A DNA stretch of 64,000 bases from Clostridiales bacterium. GTDB lineage: Bacteria > Bacillota > Clostridia > Lachnospirales > UBA12420. The notes beneath the pieces were generated by a model. The model was not told the origin of the DNA. It ran no database searches and worked only from the letters and a program-made list of their open reading frames with translations. A program made the position numbers and the translations under genes. Positions 42,963 through 52,851 of this stretch are shown in pieces. Numbering within the stretch: position 1 is the first letter of the stretch; the number at the start of each line of letters is the position of its first letter. The stretch is taken from the NCBI GenBank assembly GCA_003452395.1, contig DMOI01000014.1:13402-77401 (forward strand). Reading direction: 5' to 3'.

Positions 42963-44151
42963 CCCCTTGCAGTAGTTTCTTTTGATCTCCTAGCTTATCT
43001 ACAGGGATATAGTTTTCAAGTGCTAGTAGCTCTTTCATTCTTACATCTGGTCCTAGACCTACCCAGTCTCTCCACTCGTTCCTATCCATTGCCATCCTGT
43101 CCACCATTTGTGAGCCTGCATCTATTAGTTCACCTAGATCATAGGCATACAAACTTCTTGGATTAAACTTAAAGTACATATCAGGACTGTATAGAATCTT
43201 CCTTGTAAGTTCTTGCTGTATTCCTTGGGCAATAGGTAAGATTGTTGTATTGATAAAGTTGTTGTATTCATCTTTTTTAAATTCACCAACACCCAACAAA
43301 AAAGCAGGTACTCCGAAGATTCCCGCTACTGTTCGTTTATCAATATTGACTGCATCATTGATAGCTAAGTCATTGAGGCTTAGTGGTTTTACTTGCTCCA
43401 CCTTTACAAGTTCTGCAGGTATGACCCACGGTTTTCCACCTCCTGTTTCTGAGATGTATTTTTTGAGTATTGCATCTCTTCCTTCTTCACTTGCTAGTTC
43501 CTCCGTCATTGCATCTACTGCTACAATGATACTTGGTTTCCATTTGTCAGACATAAAACTATTTTTGGTTTTTGCTGCTTGCTTCAGATTATTTATGATA
43601 TCCTTTAGCACTACTTTGTATCCCGTACCCATATAAGGCTTTTCAGGATCGGGATTGATAACAAAGTGGATTATCTCATCATAGTCATACGTTCTGCTTT
43701 TGTAGACGACTTGATAAGCTTCATCTGTATCAATAAATTGTATCTTGGATGGTTTAAGTGGAATCAGGTCATCGATAAGTCCATCTGTCGTTATTTTAGG
43801 ATATACCACGCTGTTACCGCTACCGTCTAAGAGTAAGGTGTAAACAATGTTATATACCCAAGCCTTTCGTGTCATTAAGCTATAAGGTGCAATGTCTATC
43901 TTTCGTGATAGCTCGTTTTTTACTCTTATGTCGCCATCCTCTGTATTCTGAACTAGATGAATTGTCATGGATGATACAAGTTCAGCGATTTTATGTACTG
44001 CTATTCTTACTTCTGGGTTGTCCGATAGTTTCGTATATCCTTGCACACATAATGTTGTATGTGCTTCGTCAGACAAAAACCAACTGATTGTACTTGATGG
44101 AGCTTCTCTTACCCTAACACTTTTATTTTTCCTTTTGCTCAACCTTTTCAC
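42946..44151 (-). CDS. portal protein, HK97 family
   Basis: 401 aa. [12 protein letters not shown] motif. Follows terL. Confidence 0.8.
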   Translation of the reverse strand: MKRLSKRKNKSVRVREAPSSTISWFLSDEAHTTLCVQGYTKLSDNPEVRIAVHKIAELVSSMTIHLVQNTEDGDIRVKNELSRKIDIAPYSLMTRKAWVYNIVYTLLLDGSGNSVVYPKITTDGLIDDLIPLKPSKIQFIDTDEAYQVVYKSRTYDYDEIIHFVINPDPEKPYMGTGYKVVLKDIINNLKQAAKTKNSFMSDKWKPSIIVAVDAMTEELASEEGRDAILKKYISETGGGKPWVIPAELVKVEQVKPLSLNDLAINDAVNIDKRTVAGIFGVPAFLLGVGEFKKDEYNNFINTTILPIAQGIQQELTRKILYSPDMYFKFNPRSLYAYDLGELIDAGSQMVDRMAMDRNEWRDWVGLGPDVRMKELLALENYIPVDKLGDQKKLLQGGDKGE

Positions 44152-45886
44152 CTCCCTTCAGCCATTGTGCTGCGCTCGTTCCTTTCTCTGTTTCTTCTAA
44201 CATTCTTATTGCTCCAAAGACTGAGGCGTCAAAGTAGTCTATTCTTTGGTTTGGCATCACCTTTTCATATTGAATCATGTCATCTGTTTTTTCGATTGCT
44301 CTTACGTTCTGTACGCAATATTCATATGCTTGTGAATGTAGGTAATACAGTTCTCCATCCTTTGCTTTCTTCTCTATCCTTCTAAAGCCTTCTGACTTTT
44401 TGTAGAAATATTGTGGCTGGTCAATCATCTTAAATCCCTTCTTCTTCATCTGTAAGAAGAACTCCCTACTAAACTTCCTATCGAATCCAACTTGCTTGAT
44501 TTTAAATCCCTTTTGCTTCATCTTCACAAACCAGTTAACGATGTCACTGTAATTTACTGTTGGTGTGTTACACATATCAAGCCAACCATCTTCCCTCCAT
44601 CCGAACAAAGGAATTCCATCTTCATCAGCTTTAAGGTGCGCTGCTACTATCGGGAACCAACCATGTGTGATGATAATATCTACACCTTTATAATTTCCAT
44701 ATAATGCTGATGATGTTAAGTCATGTGCTTTTGATAAGTCAGCCCCTCCAAACCATTCAATAGGTAATTTTGCAAGTTCATCCAAAGTCCATTTATATTT
44801 CTTATCTGAGTTTTTAAACTCATTGATATTAAAGTATGCTTTCATTGCACTGGTATAAATATTGAGTGACTTTGAAAAGTAATCTTTTCTTTGTTGTGGA
44901 TCATTCTGTGCTTGCATAGCATCATTTAAAATATCATCAGGTCTTATTGTCACTCCGTAACTCGGATTTGCTTTTTGATGCTCTATCGGATTTAAATAAT
45001 CTACATCTCCATTCTCATCCTCATCAGCTTTACAAATGAAAACTAGGTATGTCTCATCTGTTACCGTTTTATCAAGTATCTTTTTACAATACTGTAGCCT
45101 TTGGTAGCAGAATGAAGTCATGTTATCACCTGCTGTTGTAATTCCTATCATCAGCTTGTTTGTATAGGCCTTCATGGCTTCCTTTATGATGTTGTATTGC
45201 TTTGGTGTTTTGTACGCATGTATCTCATCCGCTATTGCTATATTACAGTTAAGTGAGTCCTGTCTATCAGGGTTTGCGGCTAATGCTTTTATGTAGATTG
45301 ATCCGTCATCTAATCCTCCATCTATGCTATGTTCTTGATTGTTATCAAGTATCCTGAAACTCCCCTTCTCACCTATTTGCTCGATGTTAAAATTAATAAA
45401 TCTAAAACTCTGTAATGATTGTTCAAGTGCAGCACCTACAATATAGCATTTAGCACCTGACTTTCTTTCGAGTAGTCCGAGTGCCCACGATAGTGCAGCA
45501 ACAAATGAGGTCTTGCCATTCTTTCTAGGTACGAATATAAATACTTCTTTAAACCTTCTTATCTTTGTTCCTTTGATATAAAATCCTAGAGCATTGTAAA
45601 TAATAAACTTCTGCCAATCTTCAAGTAAAAAAGGCATACCTCTAAGTGGCATACCTTGTATGTTCTCTCCTTGCATATGTACAATTGTCTTTTCAATAAT
45701 TCCTATTACAAACTCTGCATCTTTTGGATTAAACTCATACTTTTCGTTTTTTAAATCATTTAAAAATCTTTCACAACCTTGAATTTGTTCTCTACATGCG
45801 ACTTTACTTCCTTCACCTATGTTTTTGGCATATTCCATGACTTTGTCATAGTTTTTATAATGCCCTTTTGCTTCTGGTTTTCTCAT
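44123..45886 (-). CDS. terL: terminase large subunit
   Basis: 587 aa. Walker [11 protein letters not shown]-terminal nuclease-type region. Confidence 0.85.
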   Translation of the reverse strand: MRKPEAKGHYKNYDKVMEYAKNIGEGSKVACREQIQGCERFLNDLKNEKYEFNPKDAEFVIGIIEKTIVHMQGENIQGMPLRGMPFLLEDWQKFIIYNALGFYIKGTKIRRFKEVFIFVPRKNGKTSFVAALSWALGLLERKSGAKCYIVGAALEQSLQSFRFINFNIEQIGEKGSFRILDNNQEHSIDGGLDDGSIYIKALAANPDRQDSLNCNIAIADEIHAYKTPKQYNIIKEAMKAYTNKLMIGITTAGDNMTSFCYQRLQYCKKILDKTVTDETYLVFICKADEDENGDVDYLNPIEHQKANPSYGVTIRPDDILNDAMQAQNDPQQRKDYFSKSLNIYTSAMKAYFNINEFKNSDKKYKWTLDELAKLPIEWFGGADLSKAHDLTSSALYGNYKGVDIIITHGWFPIVAAHLKADEDGIPLFGWREDGWLDMCNTPTVNYSDIVNWFVKMKQKGFKIKQVGFDRKFSREFFLQMKKKGFKMIDQPQYFYKKSEGFRRIEKKAKDGELYYLHSQAYEYCVQNVRAIEKTDDMIQYEKVMPNQRIDYFDASVFGAIRMLEETEKGTSAAQWLKGGEKVEQKEK

Positions 45887-46236
45887 TCCAACATACTCAA
45901 TGCTTCCGATAGTCTTGACTTCTTAGGGTTTTCTGTTGTCACACTTTCAAGAGATTTAGGGTTAAGACATAACCGATCTGAATATGCTAGGATATCTTTT
46001 CTTAGGGTTTCAAGTGTAGCAAGGATCGGTGACTTCTTTGCTCCGCCTTGCATGGTTTCTGTTTGATACCTGTATCCACCATCTACGAACTTTTTTGTGA
46101 ACTTTTCATACTGTTCACAGAGCTCAGAATAAATATCAATAACCCTATCATATTCAGGCTTATAAACACCAAGCTTAGTCATGTCTGAAATAGTGTTTTT
46201 CTTAATTGTTTCCTTGTTTATTGCCTTTCTCGGCAT
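45883..46236 (-). CDS. terminase small subunit-like protein (terL-proximal)
   Basis: Canonical HNH-terS-terL position. ...[30 protein letters not shown] resembles the C-terminal half of P27-type TerS. Start moved to ATG 46236 (SD GGAGGTG). Confidence 0.5.
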   Translation of the reverse strand: MPRKAINKETIKKNTISDMTKLGVYKPEYDRVIDIYSELCEQYEKFTKKFVDGGYRYQTETMQGGAKKSPILATLETLRKDILAYSDRLCLNPKSLESVTTENPKKSRLSEALSMLE

Positions 46237-46321
46237 ACCCCCCACCTCCTTCAAAAAAGTTTTTTCAAGGTCGCTCTATTGGAAATGTCTCCCCTAACCG
46301 TTCCCAAGCGATTAAAATTTC

Positions 46322-46606
46322 TCACTCAGGGGTAGGGGGGGCTACTCTCTCAAGTAATCTCAATCCATCTTCTGATAATCCACTCGTTTGTCTATTATGC
46401 ATTCCTTCATGGCACTTGTTACACAGGCTTATCAAGTTTTTATTTATCAGTCCCATCTCTGGTCTTATTTCCAACGGATGTATGTGGTGAACAGTCTTAG
46501 CTTCTATGGTCTTTCCATACCTTTTACATTCTTGACATTCATACTTGTCACGTCTTAATATCTTTTCACGTTTATGTATCCACTTAGTTGACTTATAAAA
46601 GTTCAT
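46322..46606 (-). CDS. HNH endonuclease
   Basis: CQECKRYGK...VHHIHPLE...NLISLCNKCHEGMH. Confidence 0.8.
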   Translation of the reverse strand: MNFYKSTKWIHKREKILRRDKYECQECKRYGKTIEAKTVHHIHPLEIRPEMGLINKNLISLCNKCHEGMHNRQTSGLSEDGLRLLERVAPPTPE

Positions 46607-46797
46607 CTATGTCTCCTTCGTCTCTTAAGCGATTTCATTGTGGCATCATAACTATTACGATTCTTGATTCCTTTTTCGCTTGCACTTGCTACACACGTTC
46701 TGCATATGTAATAAAAATCATCGGTATCTATATTATGTACTGGCATCAACTCTTTATGGTCTTGGTACTCTTTCTTACAATCTTTACATTTCAACAT
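46603..46797 (-). CDS. small Zn-ribbon-like protein, 64 aa
   Basis: CKDC...CRTC pairs and a basic tail. Confidence 0.4.
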   Translation of the reverse strand: MLKCKDCKKEYQDHKELMPVHNIDTDDFYYICRTCVASASEKGIKNRNSYDATMKSLKRRRRHR

Positions 46798-46808
46798 TTC
46801 CTACACCT

Positions 46809-47165
46809 CTAGTCATCATTATAAAGAAACCTCATCTTTCCTCTAGAGCTTGGTGTCATTCCGAACTCTGTCAAGAAGTCTTGGCATATCTTCATGTACT
46901 TCTGTGCTATTGCTATCTGCGGCAACTGTTGTACATAGTTTCCTTTCCCTGATTTAAATACTGTACTTCCTACGCTATCTATTTGTTTCTCTGCTTCTTT
47001 CCAACGTGAGTATGATTTGCAATACAATTCAATCGCTGTTACATCACCTTCGCTTAATATTTTTCTCTTTCCCAGCTCTGTCGCTACCCTATTCCATTCT
47101 TCTTTGGCTGTATCATCTAGCCACTCAGGTGGAGTTAGTATCTTCTTGTTTTCTGTCTTTTTCAT
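46809..47165 (-). CDS. terminase small subunit, P27 family
   Basis: PPEWLDDTAKEEWNRVATELGKRKILSEGDVTAIELYCKSYSRWKEAEKQI...FGMTPSSRGKM matches the remembered Terminase_4 consensus. Confidence 0.7.
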   Translation of the reverse strand: MKKTENKKILTPPEWLDDTAKEEWNRVATELGKRKILSEGDVTAIELYCKSYSRWKEAEKQIDSVGSTVFKSGKGNYVQQLPQIAIAQKYMKICQDFLTEFGMTPSSRGKMRFLYNDD

Positions 47166-47179
47166 TCCATCACCTTTCT

Positions 47180-48514
47180 TTATTTTTTTATGTCCTCATA
47201 TTTTAATGTCATTCCATCCCTTATCACAAACACATCTTCAATTGATTTTTTGAATTCTATGTATCTGTTGACTATGGCATCACAGTAGCATTCATCGTAT
47301 TCCATTGTAAAGCACGTTCTACCTAACTGCTCTGCACTCATTAGTGTACTTCCGCTTCCTCCGAATGGATCAAACACGTTATCACCTTTTCTACTTGAAT
47401 TACTCATTAGCTTGCCTATTAGTTTTAATGGTTTCATTGTTGGATGTATATCGTTCTTCGTTGGCTTCTCGTTATATATTACAGTGGTTTCCTCCGCCAT
47501 CGTTTGTCTTATCGCTTTTACTAAACTTACGAGCTCCTGCTTATTTAACTTCTTTATATCCACACTGTCATCATTCAAATCTAAGATTGTATCTTTATTT
47601 CTATGACCATACCACGAATGAGCTGCACCCTCTTTCCATCCGTAAAGTATCGGCTCATGTCTCCAGTGATAATCTTGTCTGCACATAACAAACGCATTTT
47701 TTACCCATATCAAACATTGAGTCAACTTAAATCCTGCATCTGTAAAGGCTTTCCTAAAACTTACCCCCTCACCATCTGCATGGAATACATAAATCGGAGC
47801 ACCTTCTTCTGACACCTCAAACATTCTCTTATATGCATCAAATAAAAAAAGATAGAATTGGTTTGACTCCATGTTATCATTCTGGATTTTCATACCGTTG
47901 CTACCTTCATAATTTACGTTATATGGTGGATCAGTTATAGTGAGTTTCGTTTTTTGCCCATTCATTAGGTCAGTTACATCATTTTCGTTTGTACTATCCC
48001 CACACTTTAATCTATGCCTACCAAGTAACCATACATCACCTTTCTGACTAATTGGCTCTTCAGGTATATTTTCTTCTAGATTAAAGTCATCTTCCTGAAC
48101 CTCTCCCTCTTCTCCTAGGATATCGTTTATTTCAGCAATATCAAATCCTGTTATCTCAGCCATGTTGACTATGCTAAGTTCCCTTAGTAGCTCCTCTAGC
48201 TTTTCATTATCCCATTCACCTGTTATTTTATTTAGTGCTATGTTCAATGCCTTTTCTCTGTCCTTATCCACATCTACAATTACACAATCAATTTCATCAT
48301 ATCCTAAGTCTTTCAATACCTTAACTCTTTGATGTCCCCCAATTATCGTTAAGTCCGAGTTAATTATTACCGGATCCACGTACCCGAATACCTGAATGCT
48401 ATTTTTTATTTTCTCATATTCGATATCACCAGGTCTTAAATTTTTTCGTGGGTTGTATGTTGCCGCTTTCAGTTGTTCAACTTTTATTTTCTTTGTTTCT
48501 ACATTTGTTTGCAT
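47180..48514 (-). CDS. ParB-like nuclease domain fused to beta-class N6A/N4C DNA methyltransferase
   Basis: N-terminal ParB-type GGHQRVKVL region. Motif IV TDPPYNVNY precedes motif I FDPFGGSGST. Confidence 0.8.
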   Translation of the reverse strand: MQTNVETKKIKVEQLKAATYNPRKNLRPGDIEYEKIKNSIQVFGYVDPVIINSDLTIIGGHQRVKVLKDLGYDEIDCVIVDVDKDREKALNIALNKITGEWDNEKLEELLRELSIVNMAEITGFDIAEINDILGEEGEVQEDDFNLEENIPEEPISQKGDVWLLGRHRLKCGDSTNENDVTDLMNGQKTKLTITDPPYNVNYEGSNGMKIQNDNMESNQFYLFLFDAYKRMFEVSEEGAPIYVFHADGEGVSFRKAFTDAGFKLTQCLIWVKNAFVMCRQDYHWRHEPILYGWKEGAAHSWYGHRNKDTILDLNDDSVDIKKLNKQELVSLVKAIRQTMAEETTVIYNEKPTKNDIHPTMKPLKLIGKLMSNSSRKGDNVFDPFGGSGSTLMSAEQLGRTCFTMEYDECYCDAIVNRYIEFKKSIEDVFVIRDGMTLKYEDIKK

Positions 48515-48777
48515 TTTAAACTCCTCCTAATTTTGTAAACAAAAAAATAGTCGCCTTTGTGAGTTATCACATGGTCGACTACCATAGCTTCTCTTACTAA
48601 TCCTGTCTTGCTACATTCTTCACACAGTGGATGCTCTGCAAGAAATATTTCTCTTGCCTTTCTCCATCTGCTATTATACCCTCTTTCTGTTGGTGTACCT
48701 CTTTTGTTATCGTAATGCTTATCGTATATCTTTTTGTCATGGACACTGTAATTTATGTGGCATAAAGAATTCTTCAC
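48499..48777 (-). pseudogene. HNH endonuclease lacking its C-terminal third
   Basis: CEECSKTG...VVDHVITHKGD then runs into the SD and start of the next gene. The expected LFWD..N..LC..CH segment is absent. Confidence 0.45.
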
Positions 48778-48785
48778 TTTTGTTT

Positions 48786-49445
48786 CTAACCCTTATAATA
48801 TTTTAATGCTGATTCACCTATAACTTTAGTTCCAATTAAATTAATGCCACCACCTATAGGAGCCCCTATAATAGGTCCTAATTTAAAAAAACTTGTAAGA
48901 CTCTTTTCCCCATTCTTTGTAATTAACTTTCTACTTATAACTTGATTAATTTTTTTCATTACTTCTCTATTTATATATTTATTCATTGCTTTTTTTGCAA
49001 ATTCTTGACCTACTTTTATACCAGCTTTTGCTAAAGTTTCAACTGCTCCGCTGCCACCCATAACTAATAACACATCTGTAGTAATTTCTTTATCATGGAT
49101 ATCCCAACCATATAGGTATGCTATAGCTAAAACCATTCTAGCTTGGATACGAAAAGTTAAATATAAATCTGCAGGCATTGTTATAGGCATTGTTATTATC
49201 CCTCCAACATTTAAAACTGCCCCTATTCCTCCTGCTTTCAATGCTCCTCTTGATATAATTTTTTTCGCTAATTCTTCCCTTTCAATACCACTATTTAATC
49301 TTTTTAAATGTTCAACATAGTCTTCTATGTATTGAGCTTCTTTATCTACTTCGTTTCTTAAAACGTTTATTAATTCTTCCGAATATTTTTGTATTTGTTC
49401 TTTAGAAAAACCTTTTATAATATTATCAACTTTAATTATTTTCAT
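48786..49445 (-). CDS. EcsC-family protein
   Basis: KAGGIGAVLNVGGIITMPITMPADLYLTFRIQARMVLAIAYLYGWD and GPIIGAPIGGGINLIGTKVIGESALKYY parallel B. subtilis EcsC. Confidence 0.55.
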   Translation of the reverse strand: MKIIKVDNIIKGFSKEQIQKYSEELINVLRNEVDKEAQYIEDYVEHLKRLNSGIEREELAKKIISRGALKAGGIGAVLNVGGIITMPITMPADLYLTFRIQARMVLAIAYLYGWDIHDKEITTDVLLVMGGSGAVETLAKAGIKVGQEFAKKAMNKYINREVMKKINQVISRKLITKNGEKSLTSFFKLGPIIGAPIGGGINLIGTKVIGESALKYYKG

Positions 49446-49598
49446 AGCCTCTCCCCCAATTACTCTTATCTTATAATTTTGTATAACTAAAATTATACCA
49501 TTTGTCCCTTATTATGACAATGGTTTTAGACAATTTAGTTTCCAAAGTTACACCTATTGTTTTTCTGAGTAATTACAGAGGGTATAAAAAAATAAATG

Positions 49599-50222
49599 CT
49601 ATATTCTGAATTTCTTCATAGCATCATCTATACTTTCTTGGTTTATTCCTATGTACCTGAGTGTTACTGATGGATGTGAGTGATTAAATATTTGTTGTAA
49701 TGTCACTATATCCTTTGTCTGCTTATAAAAATGATACCCGAATGTCTTTCTCATTGTATGTGTTCCTATACATTCAAGCTCAAACTTTTTACCTACCTCA
49801 TTTATTATCTTATATGCCATACTTCGTTTAATTGCCTTGTTAAAGCCTTCTCTTGACTTTATAAGATAATCATCATCATCTTTACCTTCGATGTACTTCT
49901 GTAGTTCTTTTTTTAGTACTGGGTTTATTTTAAAAGTTCTTTGCTTACCAGTTTTCTTTTCTCTTATATTTATGGTGTTACGATCTTTGATATCTTTCAC
50001 TCTAAGTCTTAATATGTCTGATATCCTAAGCCCTGAGTAAATACCTAAAACAAACATAATATAATTTCTTTCACTTTTCTTTCTCAACTGGTTCGCAATA
50101 TCAAGAACTTTTTCTCTTTCTCTTATTGGCTCTACTACATTTATTTTAATCACCCTCTTTACATACAAAAAGAGCAAGATTTTCTCTCGCTCTATAGTTT
50201 TATCTATTATAAAGTATATCAT
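49599..50222 (-). CDS. small tyrosine recombinase (phage integrase family)
   Basis: SGLRISD (Arg), GTHTMRKTFGYHF (His-x-x-Arg), HSHPSVTLRYIG (His...Tyr). The true start is uncertain. Confidence 0.7.
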   Translation of the reverse strand: MIYFIIDKTIEREKILLFLYVKRVIKINVVEPIREREKVLDIANQLRKKSERNYIMFVLGIYSGLRISDILRLRVKDIKDRNTINIREKKTGKQRTFKINPVLKKELQKYIEGKDDDDYLIKSREGFNKAIKRSMAYKIINEVGKKFELECIGTHTMRKTFGYHFYKQTKDIVTLQQIFNHSHPSVTLRYIGINQESIDDAMKKFRI

Positions 50223-50249
50223 ATCTTTTTACTTAGTTAAATAGAATTT

Positions 50250-50669
50250 TCACTGAATTTTAATAGAATTTAACATGATTATGCTTTTATCTATCGCTTT
50301 TGCTATCGTTGTGACATCTTTTCTCATTTCTGATGCTATGTCTACTATCTTCCTGCCATTTATAAATCTCTCAATAATTACTGTACGCTTGTTGTCATCC
50401 AAAATGCGAATCAATGAATCTAGTACATCTATCTTGCTCTGATGTTCTTTGATTTCTTTCTCTATATCCTGACGTTCATCAGCAATCTTCACTGCCTGCT
50501 TCTCTATCTTGCTTTCTTGAAATGTGGTCTTAGCAGGAATTCCATCATAACTTACAGCTCCAAGTGTCATATGTATTTCGTACAACTCGCTTTTTCTCTT
50601 CTCAAGCATTATCAATTTTGCTTTATATGTATTATAATTAAATAGCTCTTTTTTAACGTCCACCGTCAA
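50250..50669 (-). CDS. ArpU-family late transcriptional regulator
   Basis: 139 aa. C-terminal sigma region-4-like RFINGRKIVDIASEMRKDVTTIAKAIDKSI. Confidence 0.5.
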   Translation of the reverse strand: MTVDVKKELFNYNTYKAKLIMLEKRKSELYEIHMTLGAVSYDGIPAKTTFQESKIEKQAVKIADERQDIEKEIKEHQSKIDVLDSLIRILDDNKRTVIIERFINGRKIVDIASEMRKDVTTIAKAIDKSIIMLNSIKIQ

Positions 50670-51196
50670 TCCCCCTCTTCCTGATTCGTTAGTGCTAACA
50701 TCTTTATTCTGTTTATATCAGCTTGGAACTTTAGCGGAAGTAACTGTTCATTTTTCTTTGTTTCTTTGAGCTCATTGTACATGCTTTTCACGCAATTCAA
50801 CCATACTCCCATATTTGTCATGCCAAGATTCCTAAAGCCTAAACTCTTAACTATCTGATATGTCTTTTCATCTTGTTCCTTTATGTATTCCAGTGCTTCC
50901 ACCGTTTTATAAAATCCGTAATTGTTTATTGCTTTATTTATCAGTTGTATTGATTCGTCTACTGTTAATTCCTTATTTGTTGTTAAGATAACACTTTCCT
51001 GTCTTATATTTGCTGGTGTCGGAAAGTATTTCTCTTTGGCACTTATGTTTTTTATTACTTGTGTTAAAACTCTTATATCTATATCTTTTAATAATTCAAA
51101 ATATATTTTTACCCTTTCTTTTGATACCTCAGTTCCATATACTGTCGAAAGGTATCCCATGACTTCTGCAAACTCAATTAGCTGAATTATAATCAC
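50666..51196 (-). CDS. replication accessory protein (possible G39P-like helicase loader)
   Basis: Position after the replisome organizer. EKYFPTPANIRQE region. This is a weak call. Confidence 0.35.
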   Translation of the reverse strand: MIIIQLIEFAEVMGYLSTVYGTEVSKERVKIYFELLKDIDIRVLTQVIKNISAKEKYFPTPANIRQESVILTTNKELTVDESIQLINKAINNYGFYKTVEALEYIKEQDEKTYQIVKSLGFRNLGMTNMGVWLNCVKSMYNELKETKKNEQLLPLKFQADINRIKMLALTNQEEGD

Positions 51197-52064
51197 CTTC
51201 TTGCATTTCGTTTAGCCATTCATTTATTCCTGAATACTTTTGTTTCTCTGATGAATACTTGCCTTCTAAGACTTTCAGCATATTTGTCTCTTTTAGTAAC
51301 CAGTCAAAGTCAGCCTTCCATCCTCTATCATTATCCCCATTTAAAAATGGTATCTCAGCTACTGTAGCAAAATATTGATTGTATCCTACATTCAGTTTCT
51401 CTAGTGTTTTTACTCTTAATCTTATTAATTGCTTTCTTTGATCTGACAACACTCGTATTCCATTTAGCTTACAGCAAATAGTATTGAATATCTTGCGTAC
51501 CTCTTCATAGTTTAGTTTATCATTCTCTTGAATGTCAGGTACTATAGTATTTTCTTTCTCTATTTCTAAATCTAGCTCTTTTTCTAATTCTAACTCTTTC
51601 TCTGGTGTACAAATGTAACAAGCCACTTCTTCTGTTACATTTGTCGTTACATTTGTAACATCTGTTAGCAAAGGTTTATGCCTGTTATCATCTATTTCTT
51701 TTCTCCATTTTCTTACCCTATCAGCTTCTGTGGTGCTTGTGCCTATAAAATGCTGTATGTCAAGGATATAAATTGCTCCATTGTCTATAACCTCGATAAA
51801 ATTCATTTGCTTTAGCACCTTTAGTCCAACTCTAACTGTATCAATATCTAGATTTGTAACTTGGCTTATCATTTTGGCATCATAAGGTATAGCATCAGTC
51901 ACCATGAGCTTTCCATTTTGCTTTAACGCTTTCAAATATAGCTTTAGTAATAAATTGCTGTAGAAAACTCCTTTATCACTTGATTCTAGTATTTTCACCC
52001 TATCATCATCAAAGAAAGTCTCTTTCAACTTCAAGTAATAGTATTTTTTATTATCGGACATCAT
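51174..52064 (-). CDS. phage replisome organizer (DnaD-like N-terminal domain)
   Basis: MSDNKKYYYLKLKETFFDDDRVKILES...GVFYSNLLLKLYLKALKQNGKLM matches the remembered phage_rep_org_N pattern. Confidence 0.7.
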   Translation of the reverse strand: MMSDNKKYYYLKLKETFFDDDRVKILESSDKGVFYSNLLLKLYLKALKQNGKLMVTDAIPYDAKMISQVTNLDIDTVRVGLKVLKQMNFIEVIDNGAIYILDIQHFIGTSTTEADRVRKWRKEIDDNRHKPLLTDVTNVTTNVTEEVACYICTPEKELELEKELDLEIEKENTIVPDIQENDKLNYEEVRKIFNTICCKLNGIRVLSDQRKQLIRLRVKTLEKLNVGYNQYFATVAEIPFLNGDNDRGWKADFDWLLKETNMLKVLEGKYSSEKQKYSGINEWLNEMQEGDYNSAN

Positions 52065-52071
52065 CTCACCT

Positions 52072-52224
52072 CTAACTTCTAGTTTTTTCGTAGTATTCTC
52101 TGTATAATAGGTGTCTTATTTTGTGTAATTTCATATTATACTTGGCTGTAAGTTCCATTTTAGCCAAAGTATATCCTGTTAATAGACATATAACTATAAG
52201 CACATATACTCCTATTTGTATCAT
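52072..52224 (-). CDS. 50-aa membrane peptide
   Basis: Own translation MIQIGVYVLIVICLLTGYTLAKMELTAKYNMKLHKIRHLLYREYYEKTRS*. SD AGGAGG. Confidence 0.4.
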   Translation of the reverse strand: MIQIGVYVLIVICLLTGYTLAKMELTAKYNMKLHKIRHLLYREYYEKTRS

Positions 52225-52235
52225 ACCTACCCCTC

Positions 52236-52499
52236 CTATTCATCACAGTTTCTGTGAATTGGTTTAATATCACATATATCAGTTATATCCATTCCTGCAT
52301 ATGTTTCTAAAAAGGATTCTAAGTCTTTTTTTCTCACTTTTAGGTTTCCTACCTTTATACCGATTAGTAATCCTTCATTTATCAAATCATATATTCTATT
52401 TGTATTTGTCATTAGTATCTCTGCAACTTCTAAAATAGTGTACAGATATTTATTGTGAAACTTTAATGCTTCCACTATTTGTTCCATAGTTTCCTTCAT
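52236..52499 (-). CDS. excisionase-type (MerR-like) HTH protein
   Basis: LYTILEVAEILMTNTNRIYDLINEGLLIGIKVGNLKVRKKDLESFL. Start placed at the ATG 9 nt after GGAGG. Confidence 0.5.
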   Translation of the reverse strand: MKETMEQIVEALKFHNKYLYTILEVAEILMTNTNRIYDLINEGLLIGIKVGNLKVRKKDLESFLETYAGMDITDICDIKPIHRNCDE

Positions 52500-52716
52500 T
52501 TTCATCATCCTCCATTACAAATAATTCCTCATACTTGCAGTCAGGTTCAAACTCTAGCAAACAGTTAATAAAATTTGTACCAGGTGTTACTCCTTTGTTT
52601 AGTATTCTCCAGATGTTACTCCTAGAGTATCCTAGTTTCTCGGCTAATTCTGTGTTACCTAGTTTCTTCTTTTGCATAATTTCTTTCATCTTGTCTATGT
52701 TGAACTTTTGTTTCAT
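52450..52716 (-). CDS. Cro-like XRE-family HTH regulator
   Basis: LGNTELAEKLGYSRSNIWRILNKG. Divergent from the repressor gene. Confidence 0.65.
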   Translation of the reverse strand: MKQKFNIDKMKEIMQKKKLGNTELAEKLGYSRSNIWRILNKGVTPGTNFINCLLEFEPDCKYEELFVMEDDENEGNYGTNSGSIKVSQ

Positions 52717-52765
52717 TTGGTACCTCCGTCACTCGACTTATTTGTTGATTTTTCGACACACTCTT

Positions 52766-52794
52766 ATTTTAATATCTCGGTGTCAAAATGTCAA
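52766..52794 (-). promoter_or_regulatory. early lytic promoter TTGACA-17-TAAAAT
   Basis: Spacer counted as 17 nt. It contains the inverted GACAC operator copy. Confidence 0.5.
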
Positions 52795-52815
52795 CCAGTT
52801 ATTCAAAAATAGTTG

Positions 52816-52844
52816 TTGCATTTACGACACATGTATGTTATAAT
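52816..52844 (+). promoter_or_regulatory. repressor promoter TTGCAT-17-TATAAT
   Basis: Spacer counted as 17 nt. It contains tttacgacacatg. ATG 52852 lies ~8 nt after the -10. Confidence 0.5.
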
Positions 52845-52851
52845 GCACTAC

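Noticed and set aside
46237-46340. G/C runs (ccccccacctcc ... ggggtaggggggg) between the HNH and terS-like genes, considered as a cos site or inverted repeat.
   Set aside because: The first run is the SD GGAGGTG of the terS-like gene. The second encodes the HNH C-terminus (VAPPTPE*). There is no real complementarity beyond G-runs, so the cos position cannot be inferred from sequence alone.
49446-49598. Possible invertible switch next to the small recombinase.
   Set aside because: Only an 8-bp inverted repeat was found (aattactc/gagtaatt), which is insufficient evidence. It is kept as a caveat inside a finding rather than as a feature.
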